Shown: positions 15,154-29,373 of the stretch, one piece after another
How positions within the stretch are numbered: the stretch's first letter is position 1
Layout of the letters: the number at the start of each line of letters is the position of its first letter
Origin: Selaginella moellendorffii
Taxonomy: Eukaryota; Plantae; Lycopodiophyta
Length of the DNA: 64,000 nt
Assembly: GCF_000143415.4 (NCBI RefSeq)
Contig: NW_003314270.1
Coordinates: forward strand, 1,481,048-1,545,047
Direction of reading: 5' to 3'
Program-made: the position numbers and the translations under genes
Notes under the pieces: generated by a model
What the model was told of the DNA's origin: nothing
What the model saw: only the letters and a program-made list of their open reading frames with translations
Database searches by the model: none

Positions 15154-16034
15154 ATGGAGCAGCTTATGCCCCGTAAGTTACCCAAGTCGTCCATGTCGCC
15201 GTCTTCCTCACGCTCGCAATCCACCTCGCGCTGTCCGAGCAAGAGGAAGAAGAGCCCACCACACAAGGATGGCTCCTCGCATACTCCCAGATCTTCCAAG
15301 CTGCCACCTCCACGGCCACACCATCCTGTGCATCCGCCTTACGGCTCCTCCTACTCGTGGGACTCCGCCCAAGGCCAAGCTTTCATGGACAAGGTCGCCA
15401 CTCGGACCCAGTCCGCTGCGTCGATCCATGACGCATCCCAGCAGCAGCAGCAGCAGCGGCAGGACGGCACCAAGGATACTCCATATCTCGCACTCGTTCA
15501 GCTCTTCAATCAGTTCCAGGTACCTTTCTTCTTCTGGTTCTTCTTCCATTCTTTCTTCCGGTTCTTCGTCGCTCAAAGCTTCTCCTTCTTCTCCTTCCAG
15601 GGGATGCCGATTGATACCAAGAAGACCCTTGTAACTGTGACTGTTCTCGGCAGCACGGGCCCTCTGAGGATGGTTGTCACCAGCGACGCCACCGTCAAGG
15701 AGGTGATGAAGATGGCGCTTCTCAAGTACGCACACGAAGGCCGTGTTCCAGCTCTCGGTCGTAGCACGCGGGAGTTCGAGCTGTATGATTCTCAGTTCAG
15801 TTCCCAAGGTTCGTCCCATCTCTTCTGCTCGTGGAAGTGTCAGTCTCACCAAACGTTTCCTGCCGCTTGGTTTTGTCAGCACTCAAGCCAGACGATCGGA
15901 TCGCCAACATGGGAACCCGGAACTTCGTCCTGTGCCCTGTTACCCTCAAGAACAGCTGCGGCGAAGAGTCCAAGACTTCTTCCACCTCCAAATCCTGGTG
16001 GAGTTACGTCACTGGCATCAAGTCGTTGGTTTAG
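15154..16034 (+). CDS. Conserved plant protein (At4g22758/DUF7054-like), 3 exons
   Basis: Motif LVTVTVLGSTGPLRMVV...V..ALLKYAHEGRVP.LG. GT-AG introns near 15520-15600 and 15809-15879. Confidence 0.75.
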
Positions 16035-16437
16035 CTCAACCGCAACGCAAGGCAAAGCCAGAAGAAGATATTTGCCGTGAATGGTTGGTCTATAGCGTAA
16101 GCCATCTCCGCCCATTGTGTTCCATCTAATCCACACGAAACCATTTCTTGTGTATATAAGTCTCCAACGTCGTGCGTGGTGATAAATCCCATCTGATCAT
16201 CTGATCGTGCCGAGCCTTTTTTTAAATTCTCGTGTCTTCGCATGATCCCAGACCGAAAACGGTCCCACGCCTGCTTTCCAGAAGCTGCCAGGAATCAAAT
16301 TCTTGCATGTACCTGTGACCACCACTGCGGTCAAACTTGTCGGTCGATCATCTTCCCACTGCACCGTCCACCAATCCATCTCTATCTCTGTCCCTGTCTC
16401 TTATGTCCTTGTCTTCTCCACTGCCCCTACCACCCGT

Positions 16438-17965
16438 CTACAAGCTGAAGGAGAAATCCTCGTTTTCGTAACGGACGGAACAGTGATTGCCCGAGTCGCC
16501 GCTGTCCTGCCACTTCACCACCCTTGACGAGCTCGAGCTCGTCCTTGTCCTGGAAACTCGCAGGCTGTCGCTGCTGAAATCGCTGGACGAGAGTGCCGAC
16601 TCGACGCCGTCGGCTCCACGCGGCAGGAGGGCGACGCCGTTCCACAGCATGACAAACATCTGGATCGGCTCCAGTGACTGCTTGTGCAAGGAGAGGATCT
16701 CGCTGATCAGTAGCGTGTCGAAACAGCGAATGGCGCCGGAGGACTGCACCATCCAGGGGGCGACTTTTCTTCCAGTAATCCGGGAAATCACTAGTAGCTT
16801 TCCGGCTGCACGCCCGGAATCATGCAGTTGCTTTAGTCCAGCACGGTCGGCTGCAGTTCCAAATTCGACCGATGATACGTAGAGAAAGCCCTGGAAGTTC
16901 TAGACGTATAAACAAAGAGCAGTAAAAACAAATAAATCCAGCATACCTCCTCGGTGTGACTGATGCCGACACCTAGTCTTTCGCTTTCATGTGGAACAAG
17001 ATTCAATGCCAACTCTGATGCAGCAGGAGCGAACCACAGACGAACTCCTCTCAGCACCCCTATATCGCTTCCAGCCTCATCGTGAACAGTATAGCTTCCC
17101 GAGTTTGCAACACTCGATGCCTCTTCTTGACCAGCCACGCCAAATCCTCTGGCACTCGAGCCCTGCAAACAGAATTTTGTTAAGAAAATTTAACTTGCTA
17201 CTAAAGGCAGTTACCTGTCTGAGAATTGGTTCTGTTTGGATGTTCACAAAAATGATAGGTACTCCTACCTTTTGTGAAGCCGACAGCCACGCCATTGCTC
17301 TTGCTGAAGTGTCGTCGACATCGTTGTAACCTGCTCCCAGTTGAGCTTGCTTAAACGGCATAACGAGCAGTGAGAAAACAATCGACGAATTTGGAGGAGG
17401 AAGAAAATGCTGCATCTTTTGTTGCCACGCGTACGAAATAACGCAGCCTCTCATCTGTGTGTTGGAAGTTCTGGACTTGCCTCTGCCTTCTAAAACCTTC
17501 TGCGTCTGGTCTAAAAATCGAAAAAAAAAAAACAAAAACAAAAACTGGTGAGTTGAAAATTCGACGCAACTGCTAAAAACGCAAGGCCTTACCCTGAATA
17601 AGAGCGCATTCCTCTTCAGTAGCATCCATAAAGGTGGCCGTGTAGCTCTTATCTTCATAATCTGCCAGTGCATAATGCTTTCGAAGCACAGACTCCTCAG
17701 CAACCACAGACGCAGTGATTTCTAGCCTCCTCCCTTGCCGAGAAATTCTCACATAGATCCTTTCTTTTGCAGAAGCAAGTTTCCGGAGCTCTCGACCAAA
17801 GCCAGTCTTCCCTCCCGAAAAAGGAGATTTTACAGCAGCAACCACCTGGCTTCCGGTTCTGAGCTGCTCGATCACGTCTCCCGGAAGAAACTTATCCTCG
17901 CTCCAGGCCTCTGATCCCGCAGAAACGCTTTTCACAGCCAGCACAGTCTTCTGGCCGACGCCCAT
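16438..17965 (-). CDS. Conserved uncharacterized plant protein with PDZ-like segments (multi-exon)
   Basis: Consecutive exon ORFs (LPGDVIEQL; AMAWLSASQKVGVPIIFVNIQTE; LGVGISHTEEG; SRITGRKVAPWMVQSSGAIRCFDT). Confidence 0.7.
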
Positions 17966-18388
17966 TTTACCCAACCTGTCGGAGATCAGAATCATGGACC
18001 CGGGAAGAGCATGGACCCGAAAACTGTCTCCAAACTACTCCGATCCAGCTATGTCCGATGTCAAATACTATCTGCAAGTTACAAATCAAAATGCTATCTG
18101 CCATACAGCGTTTTGCACTAGAAATTTTTCACCTTGCCCAGAACGCCCAACTCCTGATGGAAGTAGCCGGCAGCAGCACTACTTTAGGGCTGTCCTCCTT
18201 TCCCAGGTTAAAGAAACTCACTTTAACAGCTGGGCAGTGCGTCCTTTCGAAAATTCTCCTATTGTTCTGCAATCACAATCGCAGAGGTAAGTCAGCTACG
18301 AGACACCGAAGGAAAAGAAAAGAGGAGCCTCACGTTTAGTCTTATGTTGTTGACATGGACAGTAGAACCGTGTCCCCCTATCGTTGAC

Positions 18389-20263
18389 TTAGAGCAGTAT
18401 TTCGGTCTGAGCCCGGGCTCCGAGTAGCTCGCCGTCTGGATCGTAGTCTCTCTCAATCACCAGATTCGTTTTCTCTTCCAATCTCCAGCCAGCACCGATT
18501 CTCAGGACGCCTGCTGTGGTCAAATGGACGTATGTGTAGATGTCGCCTGGCAGCCACAGCACGGCCGGTTCTTGCTCGCTGCTGGCCGCTGGTATCCTCC
18601 TGCGCCTCTTGAACTCTGTGCAAGTGAATACTCCGCTATCCTGCTGTTGAGCGACTGAAGAATTTATCTCAAACACCTTCCAAGTTCCGACCAAGTCTTT
18701 TGATTGGAGGCGTGAGCGCTGTGATAGCAACTTGAGCTCGGGGTTGCTCGATGACCTTTTCAAGTTAACCAGCCATCAGTGCCAGGAATGTACTGCGAAC
18801 TTGATTTACCTGAAGCTTTGCTCATTTACAGGTCCTAGCCATTCTTCCTCGTACGCAGCGACGCGCAAGACTTCCACTTCGTCTGTTTCGTCATTCACTG
18901 AGATCGTGTGACATATCCGCACCCGCTTATGCCCAGCTCGAACTAGACACTTGAAAACACCGGCTTTCAAAACATGGAACCAAGAGAAAATGCCTACTCA
19001 CCTGCTCTATTTTGTGCGTTGGTGAGTAAAAGTAGCCTCTTGCAATGGTTGTGTCATCTTTCGCTCTGAGCAGGCGTGTTGGTCCTCGAGAAAAAGCTCC
19101 GTCCTGATGTAAAAAGAAAAAAAAAAGAGCAGAGGGAGTAAAAAAGAAACTGTTACTTGACACAAACAACAGGCCGGCTTTACCTCAAAGAACACAAGAC
19201 CCGGCTCCATGCCGATTGTTTCCTTCTCCATCACATCCTTCATGCCTTCGTATGAATGCTTGGCCTTGAGTTCACATAAAGTAAACGGTTCGACACTTCC
19301 TTCCTGAGACGTACTACCTTCAGTTTCAGAAGAGCTTCCTTCAGGATCTTCGGCCCCTGCAACATCGTCCGAATCTAGTTCTTCTTCGTCATCTTCATCA
19401 AAGTCATCCTCATCGTCATCAAAGTCATCATCAAGTTCCTGTTCGTTATCATCAAATTCTCCATCACCGTCCGTCAACTCTTCTTCACCACTAGTCCCAT
19501 CGGCCTCTCTCTCCACATCGTCTTCGTCCGAGGCTCCATCTTCTACAGAACCTTCTTCGCCACCACTATCAGTCTCCAAATCTAATCCTGCCTCCTCTAT
19601 CGCCAAATCTTGCTCAATCAATTCGTCTTGTGATTGGACCCTCTCCTGTGTTTTGCTAGCGTAAGGATTCTGCAAATTCCACAGCACTTCCCTGTCGATG
19701 CTTCTCTTCTCGGGAACAGACTCCACGAAACTGACGATCCGGCAGTCGTAGAGATACTCGTTTCTACCACCCAGACCCACTGGCTCCACCGCTGCTGTGT
19801 CTGGAGAAAAAACTGCTCCGACTCCTCTCCAAACACCATGGCTGTTGCTAGCAAACGTATTCCAAGCCGGTGTTGGGACTATTTCCTGCCAAGAAAACGA
19901 GAGTCACAAGAATTCTAAGGAGGTTGGGATGGAGAAACTTACTTCTTCTTGAAGAACTTCCTCTCGATCGATTATAAACATTCCCGACACATCCTTGGAC
20001 ACAGGTTTCTTCTTCTTCCATTCTGTCTTCTGTTTAGGACGAGGAGAGCTTCCATTCCTCTTCTTAGCCTCGTTCTGGAGCGCTTGGTTCCAGGCATTGT
20101 CGCTTTTCCTAGCAAAATTCCTGTGCTTGGGAGCCGCGGCGCAGATCCTCCGCGCCGGCATTCTTACCGAAAATGCAGCTGCATTTCGATGCCGCGGACT
20201 CGGCCAGCGATCGAAATCCACGCCGCCGCAGCGGAGGAGCGGCAATCCAACCAGCGCTGCCAT
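18389..20263 (-). CDS. Plastid-targeted protein, DUF3598-like, with a long acidic tract
   Basis: Transit-peptide-like N-terminus. Motifs GLVFFEDG and LWLPG...GAGW...LVIERDY..DG.L. GT-AG introns. Confidence 0.7.
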
Positions 20264-20265
20264 GC

Positions 20266-20295
20266 ATAAACCCTAAAAAAGAAAATAGGGTTTAT
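20266..20295. promoter_or_regulatory. Inverted pair of telo-boxes in a 116-bp head-to-head intergenic region
   Basis: ATAAACCCTA-N10-TAGGGTTTAT between the ATGs at 20263(-) and 20380(+). Confidence 0.5.
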
Positions 20296-20379
20296 AATGC
20301 CAATGGAGCATGAGCACCAATTTTCCGGTATGCGGCATTCCTCTTCTCCTCCCCAGCTAGGGTTCTTCTAGATGCGGCT

Positions 20380-21818
20380 ATGATGAATCCAACAGCGCTT
20401 TCGATAGCATGCGCGCCTCCAGGATGCCGGCCGATCGCCAGATCTCTCCGCAGGCTCTCGAGCAGTTTCGATCCGCTGACAATCCTCTGCAATCACAGAT
20501 TCCAGCGGCGGATTATCAGAGCGAGCAATTCGGAGCCGCGGGCCGTGAATCCGTCGCCGCCGCCGCAGCGCAAATCCAAGAGCAGCCTCAAGGCGCTGCT
20601 GGATTTTCCCCGGTCGATGTGGAACCAAATCTCGCATCCTCTGAGTAACTTTGGATTTGGAAAGAAGAGCCTGTGGGAGGCCGGGCTCGGCTTGTTTCTT
20701 CTGGGTGGAATCGTGCTGCTCGGGCTCACGCTGGCTTGGGTCAAAGGCACACAGCTGAGAGCTCGCTCTCGCAAATACTTTGCCACATTCGAGTTTGCCA
20801 AGGCTTGGGGGATCACTGTCGGGACTCCCGTGCGAATTCGCGGTGTCGACGTCGGGACTGTGATTCGTGTCAAGCCAACTTTGGAGAAGCTCGACGTGGA
20901 AGTCCAGGTATTTTTCTTCCTCGGTTTTTTTCCCTTGGTGTTTTCTTTTGTTCTTATCTTTTCTCTTTAGATTGTCGATGCAAACCTGGTGATCCCCCGC
21001 AACGCGCTCGTGGAAGTGAACCAGTCGGGCTTGGTGAGCGAGACGCTGATTGATATCACGCCGCAGCATCCCATTCCCAGTCCGACAGTCGGTCCCCTTC
21101 ATCCAGACTGCAAAGGCGAAGGCCTCATTGTTTGCGACCGGGAAAGCATTCGAGGCGAGCAAGGTGTCAGTCTGGATGAACTCGTCGGGATATGCACTAA
21201 ACTCGCGAAGCAGATAGACGCACAAGGAGTAAAGAGGCTTTACGACGTTGGCGAGCGCATGAGTCTGGCGGTAGAAGAAGCCAAGCCTCTTCTCGCCAAG
21301 GTAGGCATTTGTTTCCCAGTTTTCCTAGTCCCAAGTGTGGATTTTTGTCTAACAAAGTGATGCTGGCCCAGGTTCAATCAATGGCTGGCGACATGGAACC
21401 TCTGATCAAGGAAATCAGAGATGGCGGGCTTCTTAAAGAATTCGAGAAGCTGACAAAAGTTGCAGCGGAGGCCGGGGAAGATTTAAGGTGCCAAAGTGGT
21501 TTTTTCTCTTTCTCCTGTCTGCCACACTAAAGCTTATCCAGTTTTTTCTTGTAGAAAGCTCAACAGCTCAGTTTTGACGCCAGAGAACACGGAGCTGCTT
21601 CGCCAGTCGGTCTCCACATTAACAAAAACTTTGAAGCACATCGAGGTAAAGAAAAAGCTCTGTATTTCGATAGAACAGTACAGGGATCTCATCTCTGTCG
21701 CCTTTGGAATCTTGTCCAGAGCATTAGCGAGGACATCAGTGGGTTGACAGGAGACGCTGGAACACGCTACAACCTCAAGCAGCTCATTCAATCGCTGAGC
21801 CGGCTCGTGGCAGACTAG
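20380..21818 (+). CDS. TGD2: Trigalactosyldiacylglycerol 2 (MCE domain lipid transport protein)
   Basis: PLSNFGFGKKSLWE.G.GLFLL, GITVGTPVRIRGV.VG.V and VNQSGL.SETLIDITP. Five exons. Confidence 0.95.
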
Positions 21819-21930
21819 AAAACCCAAGTAAGAAGAATCTACGGTTTTTTTTTTTCAACAGCAAAGATGAAAACAATTCTTGGTTCTTTGCTTGCGAGAG
21901 GCTTTAACAAAATTCCAGAGCTAAAAACCT

Positions 21931-22364
21931 CTACTGCGCTCTCGGCGCCACAGGTTCCAGAGCTTCGATCATGGCGACGCTGTTTCCCCTGATCACCTGG
22001 GAGAGTAAAAAGAAAAAGGTGTGACGAAAGCTCGAGCAAAGAGTTTTGCTACCACTTACCACCATGCCAATCTCCGTTCTCTCGTTGCCACTGATCTCCA
22101 TGGTGTTGTCCAGGACGAGATTCATGAACTGATCGAATCCTCGCAGCACGCCCACCACAACTCGGTTTGCGTTGAGCTTGACTGTCAGAAACAAAGGAAA
22201 CGAAAAGAACCATAACGAAAGACTCGGAAGAAGAGAATACTCACTCATAAGCTTCAAATCCATGTACCTAGCGTCGGCGAAAGAAGGAAATCAGTCAAGC
22301 AGTGGCCCGAGGAAAACTTCTACACTTACTTCTTGAGATCCGGCGGCTGCCCAGACTTGCTCAT
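21931..22364 (-). CDS. SmG: Small nuclear ribonucleoprotein G
   Basis: MSKSGQPPDLKKYMD...KLNANR.V.G.LRGFDQFMNLVLD...IGMVVIRGNS. Four exons. Confidence 0.95.
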
Positions 22365-24359
22365 GGTGCTTTGGCGCTCGCTTCCCTCGCCAGGAACCCT
22401 AAAAAATGATCTTGGCTACGTGGCAGTATCCCAGCCGTTAGAGTACCCAAAAACGGCCCTAGGGCTTAGGGTTTTTAGCTTGCATTCACTTTCGATGGGA
22501 ATCTCTCTGATCAATGCACTTTTGTAGAAAGAGCTCTCGTTTTTGGTGATCAAAATGGCTCCAAAGGGCCTTTGACTATCTTACAATTCTTCGTGAATTT
22601 TCTCTGACCAAGCTTGGTTGCTCATCCATCATTTCATTGACCGGGAACCTTCTCTCGCGCCATTGTTTAGGAGTGTCCCATGGGAGAAGTCCAAGCGATG
22701 CCTGTTTTTATAAGCCTGGGGCGCCTCACTCCACAAGCTCTCCCCCACAGCCGGGATACGAATCTAAATCCCCTCGCTCGAGCCATGCAAGCTTGATCTT
22801 GCAAATCTCCACAAAACCTAGAAAAATGAAGAGTCGGTTAGGGTTCTTACGTGCCACCGTTGTACACGCCAGCGTTTGCAGGGGCGGTGGCATGCAAGGC
22901 TCGTGCTTGTGTTTGCATGTTGTGTCCTCTAACCCAGAAAACCCAACGTAGCCCCGTTCTAGCTCCCGCCAACTTTTTCTTCTTGTGGTCCTGGAGAAGG
23001 ATCATAGGGCAGAGAGCCTATAGAAATCTCGACCTTTTACCGTGAAATCTACCATTGTTAATCACGAAGCTTGAGGGGCGAAGGGTCCGTCCAAAAGATT
23101 TGTACTTCCTTCTGGGATTTTAGTATATAGGCTATGCGCACTGGTCTCTCTATTGACAAGAAAGAAACGTATGTATGATCAGTCCACCACGGGTCACTCA
23201 TCTCGCTGTGTCGGCTTTTTCTCCGTGCTAACAAGCAAGCCCCAATTCCCTACACACTGATTGAGTGGGGAGAGAAAGAGTGAATGAAGGGACGTGGTGG
23301 CTATGGCGACCTAATTGGATCCGTCGTTTAGTCCCAGTCGTATGTTAGGACTCTTCTTGCTTCTTCTCCCTCGCATTCGTCTTTATCTCCTCCACTGAAA
23401 GAAAAAAAAACAGAGAGTGAAATGTTCGTGTTCTTCCGGAATTCCCGATCCAATCGTCTCGGCATCACACACAACAACACCACTTTGGTTGGTGGATCGA
23501 CATTTTCTTTCCCCCGCTCTTTCTTTCCTGCGAGCCCCAAACTTTGCTTTCGTCACAGGAAACATGCCGGTATTTGTATTGTCGTGATAGAAAGTTAGAG
23601 CAAAGTCGATCGTGATCAATCACTCTCCCCACCTTTTCCCCCTGCTCTTTAAGATCCCACTTCCTTTCACCATACAAAACATTTTGCTTTACAGCCCCCT
23701 GTGTGTGAGTGGTCCTTGTTGCGCATTTCATGATCGACCATTCAAAGCTTGTGGTGGTCTAGAGAAGATTTGTAAAATCTCTTTACAGCCTTTAAAAATC
23801 TCTCGCTCACAGAGATTTCCTCACAGTCCAGCGCCAACAAAGAGGCCAGAGAGCTCAGTGGTAGAATAGCAGTAGAGCAAGAACATCCCCAGCCCCAGCC
23901 CCAGCTCAAGGGCCAGGCAGCCAACAAAAGCTCTGTGGCCTCTTTGGACACTGGGAAGGCTGGTGGTGTGTGCATGGTTTTAATTGCAAGTTTGTCCTTC
24001 TTCTTGGAAGAAAGAAAACAAAGGAGAAAAAAAGAAGAAAAGAAGAAGCAAAGATCTCCCCAGCCAGCAGTAGTGGAGGAGTGATTTGAGTGAGTGTCGT
24101 GAATGGTGGTAGTGCTTTCTTCTCCAGGAATCCAATTCAATTCAAAGTCAGACAGGAGACTTTAGTCCACCGCATCAGTGAGCAGTGTCTCAAAAGGGTG
24201 CAGTAGCAGAGCTCCCCAGTTCTTTGCCCCCCACAAGGAGAAAAGGAAAGAGGGGGAAAAAAAATCCCAAGAGACAAGAGGCATTTAACGCACACTGTCC
24301 CTTCTTCTTTCTTCGTTTGTTCTTCTTTCCTGTGAGTCGGATCGCATCTTTCTATAAAA

Positions 24360-24959
24360 ATGGGGAGAGCAGCAGCGCAAGCAGCAGCAGCAGACGTGCC
24401 TTCCATTCCAAGCAGCGCCAGCAGCGGTCTCGCTAGCGGCAGAAGATTCATCAGCAAGATCAAGCTCACGCGGCTGCCATACCATCGCCTGGACGAGATC
24501 CACGAGGAGGAGGAGATCGGGGGCGACGATCCGGTAGATTTGTTCCAGAGCTACATCGAAGAGGAGGAGGAGGAGGAGGAGGAGGAGGAGGAGCAGGAAG
24601 AAGAACAAAAAGGAGAGCAAGTTTCAAGAGCTCAAGAACAGCAGCAGCACCAGCGGTCGAAAACGAGGAGGATGTTCACTCGATCGTCCAGCAGCAATTC
24701 ATGGCGTGTGCCTCTCCGGGTGGGATCGGCGGGCTACCACGCGCGAAGGAGGAGCCGGTGGCGGCGGATGAGGCTCCGGATTTGCAGCCGCGTGCGATGG
24801 AGCTGGCTCTCGCCGCTCGAGTTCCTCAAGAAGCTGCGAAGGGCTTACATCCAGGCCATGATCGGCCTGTCCACCAAGGAGAGCCAGTGTGGGATCGTCT
24901 TGCTGAGCAGTCCCTGGAGCTTCCCAGTCGTCGTCCCATTCCGTAGTGGAATGTGTTGA
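24360..24959 (+). CDS. Uncharacterized 199-aa protein with a poly-Glu tract and basic C-terminal region
   Basis: Intact ORF with coding-like GC content and motif SPLEFLKKLRRAYIQAM. Confidence 0.6.
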   Translation: MGRAAAQAAAADVPSIPSSASSGLASGRRFISKIKLTRLPYHRLDEIHEEEEIGGDDPVDLFQSYIEEEEEEEEEEEEQEEEQKGEQVSRAQEQQQHQRSKTRRMFTRSSSSNSWRVPLRVGSAGYHARRRSRWRRMRLRICSRVRWSWLSPLEFLKKLRRAYIQAMIGLSTKESQCGIVLLSSPWSFPVVVPFRSGMC

Positions 24960-26135
24960 TCGATCCACCCATCGATCGCAAAGCTTGTTCCTTCTCGGTG
25001 TCTTCTCTTTTCTCTCTCGTGCTTGTGGGTCTTTCCAAAAGGGTGCTGGCAATTCATTTAGATAGGATTTGATTAATTTGCAAGAGCTCCGCGCTCGCTG
25101 TAAATACCCAGAGAAAGCAATAGCCAGATCGAGTGATCCATCGCTCCATCGATTGACAAAGCTGTCGTTTGACTCTGGATGGGTGGAAACGACGAGCAAG
25201 CGATCCTGGAGGAGGATCGGTGCCACCCAAAAAGATATACGGGCTGCGTGACAGTGCTCAGCGGTGGCAGATCATCAGGATTCAGGACAGTGGTGGCAGT
25301 GGAGCAATTTGCAGGAGAGAGAAGAAAATGCGCCGATCTCCTAGGTAGGACTCCGAGGGAGCACGGTAAGATAGAAAAAGCGTATGGATCGAAGAAGCAC
25401 ACTGTTCTTCCTGTGAGGAGAAGCGTGAAAGAGAGAGTGCTGCCTGTGACTGTGTCAATTCCCAGTCAGAGAGATCCTTGGAGGAAACAGGGGTATAGCG
25501 CCATGCCATACCGTAGCTAGAGAGTAGATCGTACCGTCTCGAAATGCGATTTGCCCACGTGGAAGCATCGCAGCGGGCATCATCCGTCGCCATAGAACGG
25601 GAGGCGCGCTAGCGCCGCTGCGACGATACCCATGGAAGCCGCCGCCAGCAGCATTAGCTCCAAAATCATGCGCCAGTTCGCCATTCCCGCTCCTGGCGAT
25701 CGATAGAAGAACCCTAGAGATTGGATCCAGAGGCAAACGATCACTCTTTCTTGCTTCCAATCGTTCTTGACATTTGAAATTCACGCGCGGGCTCGAATCC
25801 TGCCAAGCGCAACGAATGTATTACTCCATAAACCTGGAAAAACTTAACAAAAGTATCATTGAACCCAAAAGATTCTTTTTTATTCCACTGTCAGGAAATC
25901 TGGGCCGTTAATCGGGTGGCATTTTCCGGGTCGAAATAGTCAAACCTGCGCGTTTTCTTTTCAACCCCAAACCCTACAAGCGAGTTGTTGGGATGGATCG
26001 TCGTTTTGATGCGCTCTAGCTCGGTGTCGCGCGCGTGATCTTTCCGAATCGCGGCGAGGATCGTTTCGCGCGGATCTGGTATGATATTTTGATGCTTGGC
26101 CGGGGCTTTCACCGTGATTCTCCTCACAGATCGCA

Positions 26136-29100
26136 ATGAATCGTCTCACCACGAATGTGGAAGAGCAGCTCATAGTCAAGGCTATCCAAGAGGAAGTGAC
26201 ATGGGAAAATCTTCCCAAGCGTCTCAAGCTCTTCATGGCTTCCAAGGATGACTGGCACAGAAAGTAAGCGATCGATTCTATTTTCCAGTTCTAGGCTTTA
26301 AGCTTGGGCTCGCAGGATCAAAGAGTACTGCATCAAGAAGCGATTGAAGTGGAGCGAATGCCACGCTCGGAATGCCTGTAGAGAAGGCGAGTACTACGAC
26401 GATCTAATGCGCTACCTACGTAAGAACCTTGCGGTGTGCATTCCAACCTTCACGTTATCATTTGAGAGACTCTTTTCTCACACAATGTTGCTTTCTCTGG
26501 ACAGCTTTTCCCGTATCACCTCTCCGAGAACATATGCCGACTCATGCGAGTTTCTCCATTTCGATACTACTGCGATATGCTTTACGAGGTGATGAGAAAC
26601 GGTAAGGATTTTCTTCTTTCGTAGTGGCAGTGGTTTTACCTTTTTTTTTTTGCGATCATCAGAGAAACCATACGATAGTATTCCCAATTTTAGTGCGGCT
26701 GATGCTCTGAGATTGACCGGGATAGGAAGAAACGAGTTTATAGATACCATGAATAAGTCTAGAGGAAAGGTATTTTAGTGATTACGTTCCTCACTTTCTT
26801 CGAAAGGTATTTCACGTTGCTACTTTTGCAGAAGTTTATGTGGAAGATGAACAAGTCTATTGTGAAAGATATGCTGCCGACCGTGCCGGTGGATATTGCT
26901 ATAGAACCATGGTGGACTGTTTGCGTGGTTAATCTTTCTCTGGAGGAGTATCGGGTATAGTTTCTTTATTAGCTGTTTTCTTAGAGAGCTTACTGTTGTT
27001 TTTAGAAATTGTCTCCAGAGGAGCTGTACGTGATCGACAAGGTTTGTAAGGAGGACATAAAACTGTACTGCGAGTTTGATCCGAAGGTCGTGCGGAGTTT
27101 GTATCGCAGGGGACTCGTCTACTTCGACATTCTGGTGCTTCCAGATGACCGTTTTCAAGGTTATTGTTTTCTTCATTTGCAGCCTCTTGTCCTAAGAATG
27201 ATTTTTCTTCAGTATCGAACTTGGAAGGATTTGTCTCCAATCGAGAACAGTCATACGAGGATCCTATTGAGGAGTAAGTTATAAGGATTCTTGTGGTTTT
27301 GAGTCTAGTTTTGTGTTGTACAGAATTTTGTATGCCGTTTTCGTTGCCTCAAGTGAACACGCAACTATTTCCGAACTGGCAGCCACATTACAGGTCGATC
27401 TGGATCAGCTAGAAGGTGCCGTTTCGGTTGCCTGTCGCCTTGGATGGGCGACTAAAATGCTCGATCCAGCAGCACTATTGAATGACTCCAATCAACCCGG
27501 ATCACCTGGAAGCGAGGGCGAAGGTCTTTCTTTCTTTACAAGTCCAGGAGGTCAGAGTCCGTCACACGACGGAGGTGGAGGAGACCAACCCCGTTCCAAG
27601 TCCGGAATTCGAGTTGCATTTTTAATAGACGCAAACATGACATCGTACCTCATGATGGGATCTTTTTCACCAGGTATTCTCCTTGCTAGTGTATCTCCGA
27701 TTTACTCGGCTTCTGAACGTGTGCAGGGCTGAAAAATCATGCGGTGACTCTATATGAGGCTGGTAAGCTCGGTGACAGCAATATTGCTGAATTCTGCAGC
27801 GACTTGAAATCTTTAGAAAGTACAAAGCTTGAGGGGGAGCTTCAGCATTTCGTCGACCATGCTTTAAGCCTTCGTTACGCATTGGAATGTCTAAGGTCCG
27901 GAGGAACAGCTACAGACACTGACGACGAGCTAGAGGAGGCAGGTCCTGGGGTTGTCAATGGAGAGCTAGAGAACGCTTCAGACTTTGAGTCAGAGTTTTC
28001 CTTCATCAACGGGCAAGGGACGACCGCCAACAGGCTTAGCTTGTCAAGTGACACGGGGCTGGCAGGAATTGTCCGGGGGAAAGGGAAGAGATACTACAGA
28101 GTGGATGTTCTTCGATGTGAAAGCCTGGCAAGTCTGGCCTCAGCCACGCTTCAACGTCTCTTCCAGCGAGACTACAGCTTCGTCGTTTCTATGATCCCGC
28201 TGGCTTGTCCACCTCTAGTTGCCTCGTATAACGCGGCGGGTCCAGTGCACTTCGGTCCTCCATCTCGAGCTGCCGTGACGCCGTGGATGAAGCTGCTTCT
28301 GTACACTGTCTTCGAGTGTGGCCCCGTGTCTGTCGTTCTTCTAAGAGGCCTACGACTGCGATTGCTTCCACCACCTTTGGCAGGCTGCAGCAAGGCTTTA
28401 GTGTGGACGTGGGACGGGTCTACTTTTGCTGGGATAGGTGGCCGCCTGGAGGGGACCATGATTCCGGGAGCAGTTCTCTTGCATGGCTTGAATTCGGTGC
28501 TGAGGCATTCAGCAGTCCTCGTGCAGCCTTTTCAAGAAGGGCCGGACTCGTCTCCTGTCACGGTGGACGTTCCACTTCCGCTAAGCGAAGACAGGTTTAA
28601 GAGTCACCTTAGCGGCAGCGACGACGAGACACTCCAGTCGTATGCGGAGTCTGCAGACGAGCTCAGCTTGAAGACTGTTGGATACATTCGTTTCCTGCGG
28701 GTGGGAAGCCTCGAAGACAGTGTGCGCTGGGTCCCTCAGGCTGTGGAGTTCGGAGTGCCTCTTTCCGACACCGAGCTGTGCAAGGCTGTCTGCGAGGGTG
28801 CCGTTTCTTGCGAGCTGTTCCACTTGTTTTCGCTTCCGAAGCACCAGGATGCAATGCAGCAGCTGAAGAAGATGCTTCATGACTTTATTGGAGAGTACCA
28901 GGCAAATGGACCAGTGGCGAAGCTTGCTTATACGGCAGAAAAGACTGAGACGGGCAGGAGGCCAGAGCTTACTGTCAACTTTAGCAGCCGGTGGAACCCG
29001 TTTGCGGAGCCTGATAGCCCGTCGCCCAGGAAGAACCCACGCAGCAGGAGGAGGCACTCCAGCATGATGAGCTTCGACGGAGATATCTTGAGGTAGTGTA

Positions 29101-29373
29101 AAACTATAGCCCGTTTGTTTCAGGCACGACTAAATTCTGTCATGCAGAGCTTTCTCGCTTGCTCCAATCGATCACTCACCAAACGAGCCGTCCTCTGCAA
29201 GCAAGTCAGACCCTCTCGACGATCTGGACGTAGGAGACGTCCCTCTTCCGGGCGTAAACTTGGTGTTCGACGGCACCAGTCTCCTGCCTCTGGACATCGC
29301 CCCGTGCTTGCAAGGCAGCCTTGCTCCGAGTCTCGTCGCTCGGGCGAGCGCTCCAACACCGTCGCACAGATAA
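26136..29373 (+). CDS. FAM91A1: FAM91A1-like protein (multi-exon)
   Basis: [71 protein letters not shown]. Confidence 0.92.
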
